A DNA stretch of 64,000 nt from Auanema rhodensis. Its lineage: Eukaryota; Animalia; Nematoda. The position numbers were made by a program, and so were the translations under genes. Below are positions 58,101 to 64,000 of this stretch, in pieces (the first letter of the stretch is position 1; the number at the start of each line of letters is the position of its first letter). The stretch covers positions 372,001 through 436,000 of the forward strand of contig CAXKVF010000077.1 in assembly GCA_964057225.1 (NCBI GenBank), in the 5' to 3' direction. Under the pieces are notes generated by a model. It worked only from the letters and a program-made list of their open reading frames with translations. It searched no databases and was not told where the DNA came from.

Positions 58101-61100
58101 TTTTAGACTAATATGGACATGGGGAATCTAATTTTGAAAACCGCATCTCTTTATCTTTCACGTGAAGCGAGTTACATACCAAGTGCACATCACGTGTACA
58201 TTTAATTAGCATAAATTAAAGTTCACGTAAATTTCAAAGTCATGGTTACCATGCACCAATATCAATAAAAATTTGTTTTTATACTAATATGGACATGGGG
58301 AATCTAATTTTGAAAACCGCATCTCTTTATCTTTCACGTGAAGCGAGTTACATACCAAGTGCACATCACGTGTACATTTAATTAGCATAAATTAAAGTTC
58401 ACGTAAATTTCAAAGTCATGGTTACCATGCACCAATATCAATAAAAATTTGTTTTTAGACTAATATGGACATGGAGAATCTAATTTTGAAAACCGCATCT
58501 CTTTATCTTTCACGTGAAGCGAGTTACATACCAAGTGCACATCACGTGTACATTTAATTAGCATTAATTAAAGTTCACGTAAATTTCAAAGTCATGGTTA
58601 CCATGAACCAATATCAATAAAAATTTGTTTTTAGACTAATATGGACATGGGGAATCTAATTTTGAAAACCGCATCTCTTTATCTTTCACGTGAAGCGAGT
58701 TACATACCAAGTGCACATCACGTGTACATTTAATTAGCATTAATTAAAGTTCACGTAAATTTCAAAGTCATGGTTACCATGAACCAATATCAATAAAAAT
58801 TTGTTTTTAGACTAATATGGACATGGGGAATCTAATTTTGAAAACCGCATCTCTTTATCTTTCACGTGAAGCGAGTTACATACCAAGTGCACATCACGTG
58901 TACATTTAATTAGCATAAATTAAAGTTCACGTAAATTTCAAAGTCATGGTTACCATGAACCAATATCAATAAAAATTTGTTTTTAGACTAATATGGACAT
59001 GGGGAATCTAATTTTGAAAACCGCATCTCTTTATCTTTCACGTGAAGCGAGTTACATACCAAGTGCACATCACGTGTACATTTAATGAGCATAAATTAAA
59101 GTTCACGTAAATTTCAAAGTCATGGTTACCATGAACTAATATCAATAAAAATTTGTTTTTAGACTAATATGGACATGGGGAATCTAATTTTGAAAACCGC
59201 ATCTCTTTATCTTTCACGTGAAGCGAGTTACATACCAAGTGCACATCACGTGTACATTTAATTAGCATAAATTAAAGTTCACGTAAATTTCAAAGTCATG
59301 GTTACCATGAACCAATATCAATAAAAATTTGTGTTAAGACTAATATGGACATGGGGAATCTAATTTTGAAAACCGCATCTCTTTATCTTTCACGTGAAGC
59401 GAGTTACATACCAAGTGCACATCACGTGTACATTTAATTAGCATAAATTAAAGTTCACGTAAATTTCAAAGTCATGGTTACCATGAACCAATATCAATAA
59501 AAATTTGTTTTTAGACTAATATGGACATGGGGAATCTAATTTTGAAAACCGCATCTCTTTATCGTTCACGTGAAGCGAGTTACATACCAAGTGCACATCA
59601 CGTGTACATTTAATTAGCATAAATTAAAGTTCACGTAAATTTCAAAGTCATGGTTACCATGCACCAATATCAATAAAAATTTGTTTTTAGACTAATATGG
59701 ACATGGGGAATCTAATTTTGGAAACCGCATCTCTTTATCTTTCACGTGAAGCGAGTTACATACCAAGTGCACATCACGTGTACATTTAATTAGCATAAAT
59801 TGAAGTTCACGTAAATTTCAAAGTCATGGTTACCATGAACCAATATCAATAAAAATTTGTTTTTAGACTAATATGGACATGGGGAATCTAATTTTGAAAA
59901 CCGCATCTCTTTATCTTTCACGTGAAGCGAGTTACATACCAAGTGCACATCACGTGTACATTTAATTAGCATAAATTAAAGTTCACGTAAATTTCAAAGT
60001 CATGGTTACCATGAACCAATATCAATAAAAATTTGTTTTTAGACTAATATGGACATGGGGAATCTAATTTTGAAAACCGCATCTCTTTATCTTTCACGTG
60101 AAGCGAGTTACATACCAAGTGCACATCACGTGTACATTTAATGAGCATAAATTAAAGTTCACGTAAATTTCAAAGTCATGGTTACCATGAACTAATATCA
60201 ATAAAAATTTGTTTTTAGACTAATATGGACATGGGGAATCTAATTTTGAAAACCGCATCTCTTTATCTTTCACGTGAAGCGAGTTACATACCAAGTGCAC
60301 ATCACGTGTACATTTAATGAGCATAAATTAAAGTTCACGTAAATTTCAAAGTCATGGTTACCATGAACTAATATCAATAAAAATTTGTTTTTAGACTAAT
60401 ATGGACATGGGGAATCTAATTTTGAAAACCGCATCTCTTTATCTTTCACGTGAAGCGAGTTACATACCAAGTGCACATCACGTGTACATTTAATTAGCAT
60501 AAATTAAAGTTCACGTAAATTTCAAAGTCATGGTTACCATGAACCAATATCAATAAAAATTTGTTTTTGAACTAATATGGACATGGGGAATCTAATTTTG
60601 AAAACCGCATCTCTTTATCTTTCACGTGAAGCGAGTTACATACCAAGTGCACATCACGTGTACATTTAATTAGCATAAATTAAAGTTCACGTAAATTTCA
60701 AAGTCATGGTTACCATGAACCAATATCAATAAAAATTTGTTTTTAGACTAATATGGACATGGGGAATCTAATTTTGAAAACCGCATCTCTTTATCGTTCA
60801 CGTGAAGCGAGTTACATACCAAGTGCACATCACGTGTACATTTAATTAGCATAAATTAAAGTTCACGTAAATTTCAAAGTCATGGTTACCATGCACCAAT
60901 ATCAATAAAAATTTGTTTTTAGACTAATATGGACATGGGGAATCTAATTTTGGAAACCGCATCTCTTTATCTTTCACGTGAAGCGAGTTACATACCAAGT
61001 GCACATCACGTGTACATTTAATTAGCATAAATTGAAGTTCACGTAAATTTCAAAGTCATGGTTACCATGAACCAATATCAATAAAAATTTGTTTTTAGAC

Positions 61101-61700
61101 TAATATGGACATGGGGAATCTAATTTTGAAAACCGCATCTCTTTATCTTTCACGTGAAGCGAGTTACATACCAAGTGCACATCACGTGTACATTTAATTA
61201 GCATAAATTAAAGTTCACGTAAATTTCAAAGTCATGGTTACCATGAACCAATATCAATAAAAATTTGTTTTTAGACTAATATGGACATGGGGAATCTAAT
61301 TTTGAAAACCGCATCTCTTTATCTTTCACGTGAAGCGAGTTACATACCAAGTGCACATCACGTGTACATTTAATTAGCATAAATTAAAGTTCACGTAAAT
61401 TTCAAAGTCATGGTTACCATGAACCAATATCAATAAAAATTTGTTTTTAGACTAATATGGACATGGGGAATCTAATTTTGAAAACCGCATCTCTTTATCT
61501 TTCACGTGAAGCGAGTTACATACCAAGTGCACATCACGTGTACATTTAATGAGCATAAATTAAAGTTCACGTAAATTTCAAAGTCATGGTTACCATGAAC
61601 TAATATCAATAAAAATTTGTTTTTAGACTAATATGGACATGGGGAATCTAATTTTGAAAACCGCATCTCTTTATCTTTCACGTGAAGCGAGTTACATACC
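51400..61700 (+). repeat. 23-monomer duplication containing a nested 11-monomer tandem duplication
   Basis: Offset 4048: 52298/56346, 53349/57397. Offset 1936: 56346/58282, 57397/59333. Summed offset 5984: 53580/59564, 54812/60796. Boundaries are approximate. Confidence 0.85.
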
Positions 61701-62129
61701 AAGTGCACATCACGTGTACATTTAATTAGCATAAATTAAAGTTCACGTAAATTTCAAAGTCATGGTTACCATGAACCAATATCAATAAAAATTTGTGTTA
61801 AGACTAATATGGACATGGGGAATCTAATTTTGAAAACCGCATCTCTTTATCTTTCACGTGAAGCGAGTTACATACCAAGTGCACATCACGTGTACATTTA
61901 ATTAGCATAAATTAAAGTTCACGTAAATTTCAAAGTCATGGTTACCATGAACCAATATCAATAAAAATTTGTTTTTAGACTAATATGGACATGGGGAATC
62001 TAATTTTGAAAACCGCATCTCTTTATCTTTCACGTGAAGCGAGTTACATACCAAGTGCACATCACGTGTACATTTAATTAGCATAAATTAAAGTTCACGT
62101 AAATTTCAAAGTCATGGTTACCATGAACC

Positions 62130-63185
62130 AATATCAATAAAAATTTGTTTTTAGACTAATATGGACATGGGGAATCTAATTTTGAAAACCGCATCTCTTT
62201 ATCTTTCACGTGAAGCGAGTTACATACCAAGTGCACATCACGTGTACATTTAATTAGCATAAATTAAAGTTCACGTAAATTTCAAAGTAATGGTTACCAT
62301 GAACCAATATCAGTAAAAATTTGTTTTTAGACTAATATGGACATGGGGAATCTAATTTTGAAAACCGCATCTCTTTATCTTTCACGTGAAGCGAGTTACA
62401 TACCAAGTGCACATCACGTGTACATTTAATTAGCATAAATTAAAGTTCACGTAAATTTCAAAGTCATGGTTACCATGAACCAATATCAATGAAAATTTGT
62501 TTTTAGACTAATATGGACATGGGGAATCTAATTTTGAAAACCGCATCTCTTTATCTTTCACGTGAAGCGAGTTACATACCAAGTGCACATCACGTGTACA
62601 TTTAATTAGCATAAATTAAAGTTCACGTAAATTTCAAAGTCATGGTTACCATGAACCAATATCAATAAAAATTTGTTTTTAGACTAATATGGACATGGGG
62701 AATCTAATTTTGAAAACCGCATCTCTTTATCTTTCACGTGAAGCGAGTTACATACCAAGTGCACATCACGTGTACATTTAATTAGCATAAATTAAAGTTC
62801 ACGTAAATTTCAAAGTAATGGTTACCATGAACCAATATCAGTAAAAATTTGTTTTTAGACTAATATGGACATGGGGAATCTAATTTTGAAAACCGCATCT
62901 CTTTATCTTTCACGTGAAGCGAGTTACATACCAAGTGCACATCACGTGTACATTTAATTAGCATAAATTAAAGTTCACGTAAATTTCAAAGTCATGGTTA
63001 CCATGAACCAATATCAATGAAAATTTGTTTTTAGACTAATATGGACATGGGGAATCTAATTTTGAAAACCGCATCTCTTTATCTTTCACGTGAAGCGAGT
63101 TACATACCAAGTGCACATCACGTGTACATTTAATTAGCATAAATTAAAGTTCACGTAAATTTCAAAGTCATGGTTACCATGAACC
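62130..63185 (+). repeat. 3-monomer (528-bp) tandem duplication
   Basis: Offset 528: 62289/62817 (AAAGTAATGG), 62313/62841 (ATCAGTAAAA), 62491/63019 (AATGAAAA). Confidence 0.9.
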
Positions 63186-64000
63186 AATATCAATAAAAAT
63201 TTGTTTTTAGACTAATATGGACATGGGGAATCTAATTTTGAAAACCGCATCTCTTTATCTTTCACGTGAAGCGAGTTACATACCAAGTGCACATCACGTG
63301 TACATTTAATTAGCATAAATTAAAGTTCACGTAAATTTCAAAGTCATGGTTACCATGCACCAATATCAATAAAAATTTGTTTTTAGACTAATATGGACAT
63401 GGGGAATCTAATTTTGAAAACCGCATCTCTTTATCTTTCACGTGAAGCGAGTTACATACCAAGTGCACATCACGTGTACATTTAATTAGCATAAATTAAA
63501 GTTCACGTAAATTTCAAAGTCATGGTTACCATGAACCAATATCAATAAAAATTTGTTTTTAGACTAATATGGACATGGGGAATCTAATTTTGAAAACCGC
63601 ATCTCTTTATCTTTCACGTGAAGCGAGTTACATACCAAGTGCACATCACGTGTACATTTAATGAGCATAAATTAAAGTTCACGTAAATTTCAAAGTCATG
63701 GTTACCATGAACTAATATCAATAAAAATTTGTTTTTAGACTAATATGGACATGGGGAATCTAATTTTGAAAACCGCATCTCTTTATCTTTCACGTGAAGC
63801 GAGTTACACACCAAGTGCACATCACGTGTACATTTAATTAGCATAAATTAAAGTTCACGTAAATTTCAAAGTCATGGTTACCATGAACCAATATCAATAA
63901 AAATTTGTGTTAAGACTAATATGGACATGGGGAATCTAATTTTGAAAACCGCATCTCTTTATCTTTCACGTGAAGCGAGTTACATACCAAGTGCACATCA

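Larger units (their letters stand above)
1..64000 (+). repeat. Tandem satellite DNA array, 176-bp monomer, ~363.6 head-to-tail copies, probable (peri)centromeric satellite
   Basis: CAATATCAATAAAAATTTG recurs at 1, 177, 353 and onward. The register is exact again at 31681 (180x176+1) and 63361 (360x176+1). The array runs off both window edges. GC is 57/176 in the consensus. The tandem repeat is seen directly, while the centromeric role is inference from monomer size and homogeneity. Confidence 0.99.

Noticed and set aside
1-64000. CRISPR array or other repeat-spacer system
   Set aside because: There are no unique spacers. The entire 176-bp unit is repeated, and no cas or other genes are present.
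1-64000. Synthetic concatemer, rolling-circle amplification artefact, or information encoded in the variant pattern
   Set aside because: Variants are shared in nested, position-dependent blocks as expected from duplication history. They are neither random read errors nor identical copies, and nothing requires a coding explanation.
1-64000. Telomeric repeat or transposon/MITE-derived array
   Set aside because: No short telomeric motif runs, terminal inverted repeats, target-site duplications or LTR ends are visible. A remote transposon origin cannot be excluded without a Dfam/Repbase search.

Overview
The whole 64-kb window is one uninterrupted, single-orientation tandem array of a 176-bp AT-rich (~32% GC) satellite: 363 complete monomers plus a 112-bp partial. 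Consensus: CAATATCAATAAAAATTTGTTTTTAGACTAATATGGACATGGGGAATCTAATTTTGAAAACCGCATCTCTTTATCTTTCACGTGAAGCGAGTTACATACCAAGTGCACATCACGTGTACATTTAATTAGCATAAATTAAAGTTCACGTAAATTTCAAAGTCATGGTTACCATG(C/A)AC. Most monomers differ from consensus at about 0-3 positions, and I found only four 1-bp indels, with a net shift of zero. I see no genes, RNA genes, transposon insertions, inversions or CRISPR spacers, and every monomer has stop codons in all six frames. Monomer length, homogeneity and array size fit the core of a eukaryotic (peri)centromeric satellite, but that is inference and I do not recognise the family or species. The interest lies in two places. (i) Monomer design: a CENP-B-box-like 17-mer overlapping a 10-bp palindrome, three TCACGT motifs spaced 32-33 bp apart (one a perfect CDEI/E-box ATCACGTG), and dense dyad symmetry. 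(ii) Array history readable from diagnostic SNPs: nested block duplications of 3, 5, 9, 11, 16, 18/19, 23, 24 and 66-69 monomers, two chimeric monomers that locate recombination junctions to 50 bp or less, and a left-to-right turnover of variants. Variant names (e.g. T72C) give the position within the monomer. All comparisons were made by eye.
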